Shown here: positions 9,162 to 18,282 of the stretch, piece after piece
How positions within the stretch are numbered: the stretch's first letter is position 1
Layout: each line of letters starts with the position of its first letter
NCBI GenBank assembly: GCA_030607875.1
Contig: JAUWJD010000015.1
Location: 731 to 64,730, forward strand
Source: Chloroflexota bacterium
GTDB taxonomy: Bacteria > Chloroflexota > Anaerolineae > UBA2200
Length of the DNA: 64,000 nt
Direction: 5' to 3'
Position numbers and translations under genes: made by a program
The notes under the pieces: generated by a model
What the model was told of the DNA's origin: nothing
The model's database searches: none
The model's input: the letters and a program-made list of their open reading frames with translations, nothing else

Positions 9162-10124
9162 ATGCCCATGAAATGCATTGAGATCAGTATCGAGACAGAC
9201 AACGAGGCAGCAGAGGCCGTGTGCGCCCTATTCAATGAATACAGTCAGGGCGGGGCTATTATCGAGGAGCTATGGAACGGCACGGCTAAGCCTTCCATCA
9301 TCAGAGTAAAAACTTTTCTGTCACCTCAGCACAGTGCCACATTGCCCAGGATTGAAGAGGCTCTATGGCATCTTGGGCAAATCTATCCCATCCCATCCCC
9401 ATCGGTACGCTGGCTTTCCGAAGCAGACTGGATGGACAAATGGAAAGCAGGGTATGAGCTGCAGCGCATTGGGCACCGTATCGTGATCAGACCATCGTGG
9501 CAGCCATACACTGCGGCCCAAGGTGAGATCGTGATCCAACTCGATCCTGGCATGGCCTTTGGAACTGGCTTGCATCCCTCGACCCGGCTCTGTCTGGCGG
9601 CTCTGGAAGACTATGTGCAGCCAGGGGTTCGTGTGTTGGATGTCGGCACTGGCTCCGGCATTCTTGCCATCGCCGCTGCTAAACTGGGTGCGGCTAGCGT
9701 TGTCGCCCTAGACGTCGATCCCGTGGCGTTAGAGGTCGCGCGGGAGAACGTTGTAGGCAACAACGTGGAAGAAACGGTGTCGCTGGAGAGAGCTTCGCTA
9801 CACTCACTGTCATCCTATGGCCTCCTTGATGACCTAGCTGGTCACGACGTACAGGTTTTCAACGCCCTGGGGAACTGGAACGGGACCTTTGATCTGCTGT
9901 TGATGAACATATTAGCCAAGATCATTGCACAATTGGCAAGAGCAATCGCCTCATGCCTGACTGCCAAGGGGTCATTTGTGGTATCGGGAATCATACAGCC
10001 CCAAGAAGATGAGGTGCGCCAGGCACTCACTGCCGCGGGTTTGAAGGTCGAAGAGCGCCGTGTGCACACAGATTGGGTTGCATTGATCGGTGGAAAGGAG
10101 AGTAGACAGAGCGACCACGGATGA
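9162..10124 (+). CDS. prmA: Ribosomal protein L11 methyltransferase PrmA
   Basis: PrmA N-terminal domain (IEISIETDNEAAEAV), FGTGLHPSTRLCL, and SAM motif VLDVGTGSGILAIAAAKLGA. It sits after dnaJ as in Bacillus-type dnaK operons. ATG 9168 is an alternative start. Confidence 0.9.
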   Translation: MPMKCIEISIETDNEAAEAVCALFNEYSQGGAIIEELWNGTAKPSIIRVKTFLSPQHSATLPRIEEALWHLGQIYPIPSPSVRWLSEADWMDKWKAGYELQRIGHRIVIRPSWQPYTAAQGEIVIQLDPGMAFGTGLHPSTRLCLAALEDYVQPGVRVLDVGTGSGILAIAAAKLGAASVVALDVDPVALEVARENVVGNNVEETVSLERASLHSLSSYGLLDDLAGHDVQVFNALGNWNGTFDLLLMNILAKIIAQLARAIASCLTAKGSFVVSGIIQPQEDEVRQALTAAGLKVEERRVHTDWVALIGGKESRQSDHG

Positions 10125-10174
10125 GCGTAGAACTGCCTGAAGAGGGCTGATTCGGGTCTCTCTGTCCAGTTGAG

Positions 10175-10954
10175 ATGCATCGCTTTTTTGTCCCCCCATC
10201 CTCGCTCCAAGATAATACAGTAACGCTGACTGGCCCAGTAGTACATCAGATCAGAAACGTGTTGCGCCTTCGGCCAGGTGATCCAATCATGGTGCTGGAC
10301 GACGCAGGCTGGCAGTATCAGGTGCAGCTCACTGTCGTCGGGCAGCAAGAGATCAAGGGTGAGATAGAGCGCAAGACGCTTGCTCGCACCGAACCCAGGG
10401 CCAAGCTGACCCTATACCAGAGCCTGCTCAAGGGTGACAAGTTCGAGTGGGTGCTACAAAAAGGCACCGAACTGGGCATTGTGGAATTTGTGCCCACCGT
10501 CGCCAACCGCTGTGTGATCGGCAGTGTGGATGACGTGGGCCAGGCGAAACTAGAGCGCTGGCAAAGAATCATGCTGGAGGCAGCAGAGCAGTCACACCGT
10601 GGGCGCTTGCCGCGCCTGCACGCGCCATTGCTCTTTGCCCAGGCTTGCGAAAGAGCACGCCGTGCTGAGCTAGCCTTGTTGCCGTGGGAAGGCGAGAGAA
10701 TGAGATCCATCCGTTCCATGTTGACATTCTCGTCCTCCACGCCAGTCACAGTGCAGGGGAAAACCTCGTTCATTCATCGGCCGTTTTCCATCAGCATCTT
10801 CATTGGCCCTGAGGGAGGCTTCACAACTCGCGAAGTTGACCAGGCTCGCCGCTACGGCATCATCCCGGTCAGTCTGGGACCGCGCATCCTACGTGCCGAG
10901 ACTGCAGCGCTGGTTGCCGCAACGATCATTCTGTATCAACTGGAAGATATTTGA
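10175..10954 (+). CDS. rsmE: 16S rRNA (uracil1498-N3)-methyltransferase RsmE
   Basis: MHRFFV start, PUA-like N-terminus, and C-terminal SPOUT knot (IGPEGGFTTREV...SLGPRILRAETAA). Confidence 0.9.
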   Translation: MHRFFVPPSSLQDNTVTLTGPVVHQIRNVLRLRPGDPIMVLDDAGWQYQVQLTVVGQQEIKGEIERKTLARTEPRAKLTLYQSLLKGDKFEWVLQKGTELGIVEFVPTVANRCVIGSVDDVGQAKLERWQRIMLEAAEQSHRGRLPRLHAPLLFAQACERARRAELALLPWEGERMRSIRSMLTFSSSTPVTVQGKTSFIHRPFSISIFIGPEGGFTTREVDQARRYGIIPVSLGPRILRAETAALVAATIILYQLEDI

Positions 10955-11053
10955 CACATCGGATGGGACATCCGCCCTCCCGACACGAGTCGGCCCTGCC
11001 ATCACCCAGGCAGGGCCATGTGCTGCCGTTGTTCAGGAAGAGATTGGAGTTCT

Positions 11054-13924
11054 ATGGGCCGCGTTTATGTCGCCTTGGACATTGAGACCACCGGTCTGGA
11101 CAGCAAGCGCGATGCGATCATCGAAGTGGGCGCTGTCAAGTTTCGTGACGGCACAGTATTGGATACTTGGTCTACTCTGGTCAACCCCAAGCGTCCTCTG
11201 CCCTACAAGATACAATTGCTGACCGGCATTCAAGCCGAAGAGGTACAGCACGCGCCCAGCATTCATGCCGTTATCGCTCCGCTGGCCCGGTTCGCTCAAA
11301 ACCATCCCATCATTGGTCACAATATCGGCTTTGACCTGTCCTTCCTCAGACAGCATGGTGCTTTGGTGAGGAACCCAAGCATCGACACCTACCAACTGGC
11401 CATCATCCTGCTTCCAGAAGCCAGCAGCTATAGCCTGGGCGTTCTAACAGAGGCCCTGGATATCAAACTGGAACGTCACCACCGCGCCCTCGCGGACGCT
11501 CTAGCCACCAAAGACCTTTTCCTGGCTCTAGTAGACCGCGGACTGCAGATGGACCTCGCCGTTCTGCAAGAAATCAACCGCCTGGCCGCTCGCAGCAACT
11601 GGCCTCCAAGGCCGTTCTTCCGAGACCTTGAGCGTGAGCGGGCGCGCACCGCTTTCACCAGCACTGTGCGGGAACAACTGCGGAGCAAGGGGGACTTGGA
11701 TCATGCCGCACTGGGCTTGGTACTGAATCGCAGAGACACAACAGAGCCACTACGCCCCACAGAGAGCAAACAGTTGCTCGATGAGCAGGAGCTGACCGCC
11801 CTGCTCGCTCCCGGAGGACTGCTGGCGGAGCGCTTCCCAGGGTACGAGTACCGGCCCCAACAGATAGAGATGCTGCAGGCCGTCACCCGCACCTTTAATG
11901 ACGGGGGGCAAATCCTTGCGGAGGCAGGCACCGGTACTGGCAAGTCTCTGGCCTACTTGCTGCCTGCCATTCACTTCACAGTGAACAATGGCCGTTCTGT
12001 CGTCGTATCTACGAATACGATCAACCTGCAGGATCAGCTCTCTAACAAAGATATCCCAGATCTTCAGCGCATCCTGCCCCTGAAGTTCAAAGCAGCCCTG
12101 CTGAAAGGCCGCAATAACTACCTCTGCTTGCGCCGGCTGGCAATCTTCAGGCGCAGGCAATCGCTGGCGGCGGAGGAGATGCAGGTGCTGGCCAAGATTC
12201 TCGCCTGGCTTCCTGGGACCGAAACGGGCGACTCGGCCGAACTGTCCCTCCGTGATCAGGAATTTGCCGTGTGGCGCCAAGTGCAGGCGGAACAGGAAAC
12301 CTGCCTGGGCGAAAGGTGTCCACACCGCAGAAAGGGACGCTGCTTCCTATATCGAGCCCGCCACAGCGCGGAGGCTGCCCATATCATCGTGGTGAACCAT
12401 TCCCTGCTGCTGTCAGATATGCTGGTCTCGAACCGAGTCCTGCCCGAGTATCACCATTTGATCATCGACGAAGCACATCACTTGGAAGCCCGAGCAACAG
12501 AACAGTTAGGCTTTGCCGTGAACCGAGGCCAGGCGCGTTCTCTCCTGGCAGGCCTCTATCAACGAACCGATGCAGGCCGCCCCAGAGGATTGTTGCCCTC
12601 AATACCACAACACTTCCGCAGCAGCACCGTAAGCGCCGGAGTTCAGAAGCAGGCCAGTGCCTACCTGATCAAACTGCAGGGCCAAGTCGAAGAAGCCCAA
12701 CACGTTGCGGATCGCTTCTTCGACATACTGCAGGCTTTTGTTGATGATGCGATTGTGCCCGCAGCGCGCCTCAAGAGCGGCTATGACCTGCGAGTTGAAC
12801 TCACCAGCGGCACGAGAGTTCAGCCGGCCTGGTCTGAACTGGAGATCCTCGCCGACGATCTTGACCAGGTGTTGCTCACGGTGGAAAAGGGTCTGCAGGG
12901 TCTGCACACAAGTTTTACAGATTTGGAAGACCAGAACATTCTGAACTACGACGACTTGCTGCAAGACATCTGGTTCCGCCTGGATCATGTGAGAATGCTG
13001 CGAGAGCAGTTGAGAGAGATGATTAACGAACCGCAGCCAGCAAGAATCTATTGGTTCCGCATAGGGGCTAGGGACCACGAGATTACCTTGCAGTCCGCGC
13101 CTCTGCACGTGGGGTCATTGCTCGCAGAGAACCTTTTCCCAGAACTGGAGACGCTGATTCTGACGTCTGCAACCCTTTCCACAGCCAAGAAGTTCGACTA
13201 CATCCGCGACCGTCTGAGTCTGCACGACGCTGACGAACTGAGGGTGGACTCTCCGTTTGATTATGCGCAGTCTACTCTGCTGTACCTGCCAACAGACATC
13301 CCCGAACCTGCTCAACCCAACTACCAGAAGGCCGTAGCCAAGTCCATTCGGGACCTGTGTCTGGCGACGCAAGGACGAGCACTGCTTCTATTCACCTCGC
13401 ACCGTCAATTGAGATCAACCTACTACGCCATCGCCAGGCCGCTGGAGGAAGCGAATATCGTCATCTACGGACAGGGACTGGATGGCTCACGACGGCAGTT
13501 GCTTCAGCGCTTTAGAACGACTCCCCGTTGCGTGTTGCTGGGCACAAGGAGTTTCTGGGAGGGCATTGACGTTGTCGGTCCGGCGCTGAGCTGCCTGGTC
13601 ATCACTCGCCTGCCTTTCTCGGTGCCCTCCGATCCCGTTTTCGCTGCGCGAAGCAGGACTTTTGAGGATCCGTTTGGCCAATATGCAGTACCAGAGGCAG
13701 TGCTGCGTTTTCGCCAAGGCTTTGGCCGCTTGATCCGCAGTTGCACCGACCGCGGCGTGGTTGTTGTGCTCGACAAACGTGTTCTGAGCAAAAGATACGG
13801 TTCGACCTTCCTCGACTCACTGCCAGATTGCACCGTGTATCGTGGTCCAGTCAGTGAGTTACCGGCGAAGGCTGTACACTGGATTGAGGAAAGCCAGACC
13901 TCGAAGCCTGGCCAAGGACTATAG
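11054..13924 (+). CDS. dinG: DinG-family ATP-dependent helicase with N-terminal DnaQ-like 3'-5' exonuclease domain
   Basis: Exo motif VALDIETTGL..IIEVGAVKF..HNIGFDLSFL..HRALADA, then helicase motifs AEAGTGTGKS, DEAHHLE and SFWEGIDV. ATG 11054 is preferred over the track start 11018. Confidence 0.9.
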   Translation: MGRVYVALDIETTGLDSKRDAIIEVGAVKFRDGTVLDTWSTLVNPKRPLPYKIQLLTGIQAEEVQHAPSIHAVIAPLARFAQNHPIIGHNIGFDLSFLRQHGALVRNPSIDTYQLAIILLPEASSYSLGVLTEALDIKLERHHRALADALATKDLFLALVDRGLQMDLAVLQEINRLAARSNWPPRPFFRDLERERARTAFTSTVREQLRSKGDLDHAALGLVLNRRDTTEPLRPTESKQLLDEQELTALLAPGGLLAERFPGYEYRPQQIEMLQAVTRTFNDGGQILAEAGTGTGKSLAYLLPAIHFTVNNGRSVVVSTNTINLQDQLSNKDIPDLQRILPLKFKAALLKGRNNYLCLRRLAIFRRRQSLAAEEMQVLAKILAWLPGTETGDSAELSLRDQEFAVWRQVQAEQETCLGERCPHRRKGRCFLYRARHSAEAAHIIVVNHSLLLSDMLVSNRVLPEYHHLIIDEAHHLEARATEQLGFAVNRGQARSLLAGLYQRTDAGRPRGLLPSIPQHFRSSTVSAGVQKQASAYLIKLQGQVEEAQHVADRFFDILQAFVDDAIVPAARLKSGYDLRVELTSGTRVQPAWSELEILADDLDQVLLTVEKGLQGLHTSFTDLEDQNILNYDDLLQDIWFRLDHVRMLREQLREMINEPQPARIYWFRIGARDHEITLQSAPLHVGSLLAENLFPELETLILTSATLSTAKKFDYIRDRLSLHDADELRVDSPFDYAQSTLLYLPTDIPEPAQPNYQKAVAKSIRDLCLATQGRALLLFTSHRQLRSTYYAIARPLEEANIVIYGQGLDGSRRQLLQRFRTTPRCVLLGTRSFWEGIDVVGPALSCLVITRLPFSVPSDPVFAARSRTFEDPFGQYAVPEAVLRFRQGFGRLIRSCTDRGVVVVLDKRVLSKRYGSTFLDSLPDCTVYRGPVSELPAKAVHWIEESQTSKPGQGL

Positions 13925-14034
13925 GGGCCTTCGAACAGCAAGAGAGGAACGCTTCGAGGCGGGCATAGCCTCGGAGGGTACGAGTGGGGCATTAGGATGA
14001 TGAAACTTGTGGTGTGCCCCGATTAAGCCTTCAG

Positions 14035-15572
14035 CTAGGGTACGGCTGGGTTAGCCTGGCAAGTGCCGATCTGCCGATGGGCGGAGGCAACAACCTGCAT
14101 CGCGTCCGTCCGTCCGTCCTCTAGGACCCTGCACAAGCGAGATTGCCTCCCTGAACTGGCCCTGAAAACGCAATACGGCGCTCTTCTCCACCAGTGTTCG
14201 AGCCTGTCCCAACCGATTGCCACTGCGAGCAAATTCCGCGTATGCACGATCAAAGAGAGCCGTCGCCTGTTCCAACTCACCGATTTCGAGATGCACTTTT
14301 GCTCTAGACCACAATAGACGCGGGCAGCGGTCAACCATGTTCGAGGGCAACGCATCGATCCACCGGGCGACCGTTGCCAATCTACCAGCATCGTAGGTCT
14401 CCTGTGCTATCTCGAGCACAGCCTGCATGGCACTGTCATAGTCCTCGATCGTCAAGTAGTATTCGATAGCTTGTTCTACGGCACCGCTTTCGCGTAACAG
14501 TTCCGCAGCTCGCTGCTGCAGCGGGCGAACCTGCTCTGGATGTTCTTCCTGTAGCTTGGTCAAAAGGAACTCACGAAACAGATGGTGATACCTGTACCAC
14601 CTTTCTTCCCCCCGCTCCAGCCGACTGATGAATAAGTTTGTGTCTTCCAGCTGTTTCAGTGTCTTGCGCGAGCTGCTAACTGTGAGAAGTTCATCACATA
14701 ACAGAGGGCTCATTTCTTCCTGTATGGAAGTGGACAGCAAAAAGATCTGCAAGGCAGCAAGCTGTAGATTGAACACTTCGTTAACCAAGTAGTCATAGAC
14801 CTTGCTGTCAGAACCTTGGACACGAATTATGTCCTCGAAGAGACCTTTCCACATGGTGTGAGTCGTTAGCAAAATGCCAGTGATTCAGCCCTCGGACTTC
14901 TCCGCAAGCTGTGTGGCTGCCTCGCTGGAAAAGCTCTGGTCATAGTTTTGCAGCAGCAAGGCTTGAATTTCCTCCGGCGTAAACCAAGTCCTTGACGCCC
15001 AAGCCAGCAATCTCCTGGTGGGCAGTGAGCAGCGCTAGTCCACGAGGGGTCAACGTGGGCACGGTACGGCTGGAGATGATGAAATGAAAGTTCTCGGGCA
15101 GATGCTGGATCAAGGTATCCAGCATCACATTGACCGCTCGGCTGCCGTCAACGAGGTGATAATCGTCAAGTACGACGACAAAGCAGTCAGGAATCGTCTC
15201 GTAAATCTCATTAACGAGTGTGCCAACGAACAGGGTGGGGTCGGAAAGTGTTTTACTGCCCTGGAGCACTCGGCGCGAGGTTTGCCCAAACTGAGGGAAA
15301 TGAAGGTTTATGGCCGCAATCAGGTAGTCCAAGAAGACACGCGGGTCGCGAGCAGATTCAACTATCGAAAGCCAGCACACAGGCAAGTCAGTATCGTGAA
15401 CATAATCAACAAGCAGGGATGTCTTGCCGTAACCGGCCGCGGACGAGATCAGCAACAGCTTGCGGTCAATGTGTTCGTGGATAAAGTCAACGAGCCGTGG
15501 CCGATGCAGCAGGTCGGGACGCTCTTTGGGAGTCAGTATCTGAGTCATGATTACCGGCGAAGGAATGACCAC
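14035..15572 (-). pseudogene. Decayed MalT/LuxR-type STAND regulator (P-loop NTPase + TPR); C-terminal part including the HTH is missing
   Basis: The N-terminal piece carries Walker A SSAAGYGKTSL and Walker B VVVLDDYH. The frame is lost near 14985 (the expected ..DLrFTPEEIQALLLQNY.. continues in another frame). An in-frame TGA at 14885-14887 sits where SEG-W-ITGILL expects Trp. A second frame change occurs at a (GTCC)4 run, and the ORF ends after about 500 codons with no LuxR HTH. Confidence 0.75.
14104..14119. repeat. Tetranucleotide repeat (GTCC)4 at a frameshift point of the MalT-like pseudogene
   Basis: gtccgtccgtccgtcc. Translations on the two sides fit different frames (..ISLVQG.. vs ..MQVVASAHRQIGTCQ..). 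Confidence 0.7.
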
Positions 15573-16127
15573 ATACTCTCCTAGTGTGCGACGGACTCTG
15601 CACAGCTTGCACCACAGCTACTGCTTCGTGTACAGATTGCTAGACGTATCTCACTGAATTATGGTCTGAGAAGAACCATTTGAGTTCAGCAATTGACGCA
15701 GTACTCTGTAACTATAGCACACTACGTCGAAAAGGCGGCAGAGAGTTATGCCTATAGTATCGGACACGACAACAGGGTACTGTGTCAACCGTTCGATCTC
15801 TGCATGTGCTCTGCATGCCCCGTGGGCACCTGCGGGCAACGGCCGAAGGTCTCGCTACGGGTGACGGCTCGACGGGATTGCTGAACTTAGGCAGTCGTTT
15901 TCACGTGACAATCGAGCCAAAGGGGCTCTGCAATTCCGTCAACGCGGGACCCTTCGGCTGTTGATGCACGAAACAGTGAATTGGACTCGGTTTCAAAGTG
16001 TGTTGGTCCGTTCTTGTGGCAGAATAACCTACTATCCGTAGTTATAGTCGACGTTGCTCGCATACTATCCCTGGCACCGCGAAACTGCCGCATAGCCGAC
16101 CAACACAATCCGGAACCGAATCGTGAA

Positions 16128-16155
16128 TTGACACACCCTACCTTCGGCGTATAAT
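16128..16155 (+). promoter_or_regulatory. Consensus sigma-70 promoter (TTGACA-16-TATAAT) giving a near-leaderless DUF2085 mRNA
   Basis: TTGACA at 16128-16133 and TATAAT at 16150-16155. The ATG at 16165 is only 9 nt after the -10 box and has no SD. Confidence 0.6.
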
Positions 16156-16164
16156 GCGGACACT

Positions 16165-16902
16165 ATGGAATCCCCATTCCTAGAAGCACACGGCCTGCTG
16201 AAGTACATCGGCTTGTTCCTAGGCGGCGTTTGCCACCAATTCCCAGAGCACTCGATTTCCATTGCCGGTGTGCAACTGCCACTTTGCGCGCGCTGCACAG
16301 GGACCTACCTGGGAACCGTGATAGGACTGGTCAACTTCTGGTGGAGAGGCCGTTCCCGCGCCAGTTGGCTACCGCCGATGAGAGTGCTGGCCGTCCTGGT
16401 CCTGTTCTTTGCCTTCTGGGCCATAGATGGTGTCAACTCGTACTTCAACTACCTCAGTGGGCGTGTAATCCTATATGTCCCCAGCAACTTGCTGCGCTTG
16501 ACATCGGGTATGGTCAACGGCCTTTCCTTGAGCATCCTCATCTTCCCCATGTTCAACTTCATCCTCTGGCGAAAGCCCGAGAGACAACGCGTTGTGCGTG
16601 GCTTCAGAGAACTGACAGCGATTCTGTTGCAGGTTGTGGCACTTGTGCTGGTGCTACGAGCCGATATCGGGATATTGCTTTACCCTTTCGCCTTGCTGAA
16701 CCTTGTCGGAGTCTTGTGGATGCTCACCACAGTGAACAGCATGATCGTCATGATCCTCCTCCGGCGAGAGAACTGTGCCGAGAGATGGCACCAAGCTCTC
16801 CTCCCTCTCAGCCTTGGGCTACTCCTGTCCATTGCAGAGGTGGGTAGTATAGCCATACTCAGATACGTGCTCGCCCCTGCACTGGTACCGCCCACCCTGT
16901 GA
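16165..16902 (+). CDS. DUF2085-family integral membrane protein
   Basis: CHQFPEHSISIAGVQLPLCARCTGTYLG is the DUF2085 Cys signature as I recall it. It is followed by about 6 hydrophobic helices. Confidence 0.75.
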   Translation: MESPFLEAHGLLKYIGLFLGGVCHQFPEHSISIAGVQLPLCARCTGTYLGTVIGLVNFWWRGRSRASWLPPMRVLAVLVLFFAFWAIDGVNSYFNYLSGRVILYVPSNLLRLTSGMVNGLSLSILIFPMFNFILWRKPERQRVVRGFRELTAILLQVVALVLVLRADIGILLYPFALLNLVGVLWMLTTVNSMIVMILLRRENCAERWHQALLPLSLGLLLSIAEVGSIAILRYVLAPALVPPTL

Positions 16903-16971
16903 ATACCACAGCAAACTCCGTTTGGAGAGCATGGGTTCCCCTCGGTCGCTGGTCTACTGTTCCCTGCAGGT

Positions 16972-17000
16972 TTGAACCAATCCCGATTCTGTAGTATACT
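16972..17000 (+). promoter_or_regulatory. Promoter-like site (TTGAAC-17-TATACT) upstream of dnaN
   Basis: TTGAAC at 16972-16977 and TATACT at 16995-17000. Confidence 0.45.
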
Positions 17001-17034
17001 AACGTCAGCCCATACCAGAAGCAAGGAGGTCCCG

Positions 17035-18168
17035 ATGAAATTTTCCTGTCTGCAAGAGAACTTGGCCAAGGGCCTGGCGATTGTCGGGCGAGCAGTGGCT
17101 ACCCGCAGCACGCTGCCGGTCCTCTCCAACATCCTCATGGCCACGGACGAAGGCCGGCTGAAACTATCGGCAACCAATCTGGAGGTAGGAATCAGTTGTT
17201 GGATCGGGGCCAAGGTGGAGGAGGATGGCGCAACTACTGTGCCCGCACGCCTTCTCACCGACTTTGTCAATTCCCTGCCGCCAGAGCGTATCGACGCGGA
17301 ATTGGTGACACGCACGCAGACGCTCAATCTCAAATGTAGCAACTACGAGGCAAACGTCAAGGGAATTGATGCACAAGAGTTTCCCATAATCGTAGCGTTG
17401 AGTGAGGATACCGGCATCTCCCTGGAGCCAGCGACACTGCGGGAGATGATCAATCAGGTGTCGTTTGCCGCTGCCGTAGATGAGAGCCGGCCCGTATTGA
17501 CGGGGGTACTCGCGGAGATCTCTGGCACCAACTTGACCATGGCCGCTGCTGATGGCTTTCGACTCTCGGTACGCAAAACCGAGCTCTCCGAGGCAGCCCT
17601 ATCATCTACCAGTGTGATCATCCCGGCCAGGGCATTGCAGGAGTTGGCACGCGTCAGCGCGGAGGAAGACGAGCCCATACGCATGACCATAGCCCCCAAT
17701 CGCAGCCAGGTCTATTTCCGCATGACCAACATCGACCTTGTATCCCAACTGGTCGAAGGGAACTTCCCCGACTATAAGCAGATCATCCCCAAGGGTTATG
17801 CCACGCACATGGTGGTCGATGCGGCCGAACTGCTCAAAGCCGTCAAGATTGCCTCCTTTTTCGCACGCGACGCAGCGAACGTCATACGGATGCGCATCAC
17901 GCCAGGAGATCAGGGCATGGGTGGCAGGCTAACCGTGATGGCCACCAGCGCAGAATTGGGCGACAATGTGACTGAGATCGATGCTGCCGTGGACGGCGAG
18001 CCAATTGAGATCGCCTTTAACGCCAAGTATCTCGCAGAAGTACTCAGCGTAATCAACACCCCTCAGGTCGCGATAGAGACTTCCAGCCCCTCCAGCCCGG
18101 GCGTAATCCGGCCTATAGACGATGAGAGCTTTGTGCACGTCATCATGCCCATGCACATTGCACGATGA
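17035..18168 (+). CDS. dnaN: DNA polymerase III beta sliding clamp
   Basis: MKFSCLQENLAKGL..LPVLSNILM..LKLSATNLEV is the typical DnaN N-terminus, and the length (377 aa) fits three domains. AAGGAGG lies 5 nt upstream of ATG 17035. The track start 16972 falls in the promoter. Confidence 0.95.
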   Translation: MKFSCLQENLAKGLAIVGRAVATRSTLPVLSNILMATDEGRLKLSATNLEVGISCWIGAKVEEDGATTVPARLLTDFVNSLPPERIDAELVTRTQTLNLKCSNYEANVKGIDAQEFPIIVALSEDTGISLEPATLREMINQVSFAAAVDESRPVLTGVLAEISGTNLTMAAADGFRLSVRKTELSEAALSSTSVIIPARALQELARVSAEEDEPIRMTIAPNRSQVYFRMTNIDLVSQLVEGNFPDYKQIIPKGYATHMVVDAAELLKAVKIASFFARDAANVIRMRITPGDQGMGGRLTVMATSAELGDNVTEIDAAVDGEPIEIAFNAKYLAEVLSVINTPQVAIETSSPSSPGVIRPIDDESFVHVIMPMHIAR

Positions 18169-18196
18169 ATGAACCGCCAGACCCTTTAGGACGACG

Positions 18197-18236
18197 AGAA
18201 TGGGGATGCTTCCACGGGAGCATCCCCATTCTTTAT
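18197..18236. terminator. Bidirectional hairpin between convergent dnaN and the GH1 gene
   Basis: Perfect 14-bp stem AGAATGGGGATGCT (18197-18210) / AGCATCCCCATTCT (18219-18232), then tta. Confidence 0.65.
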
Positions 18237-18282
18237 GACACAAGGCTGCCAAGAGTAAAGCCCGCATCGAGTGATCGCAGCG

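Noticed and set aside
14885-14887. In-frame TGA in the MalT-like gene as a possible third selenocysteine codon.
   Set aside because: Sequence context (SEG-W-ITGILL) calls for Trp, not Cys/Sec. The gene also carries frameshifts and a truncation, so this is a nonsense mutation in a pseudogene.
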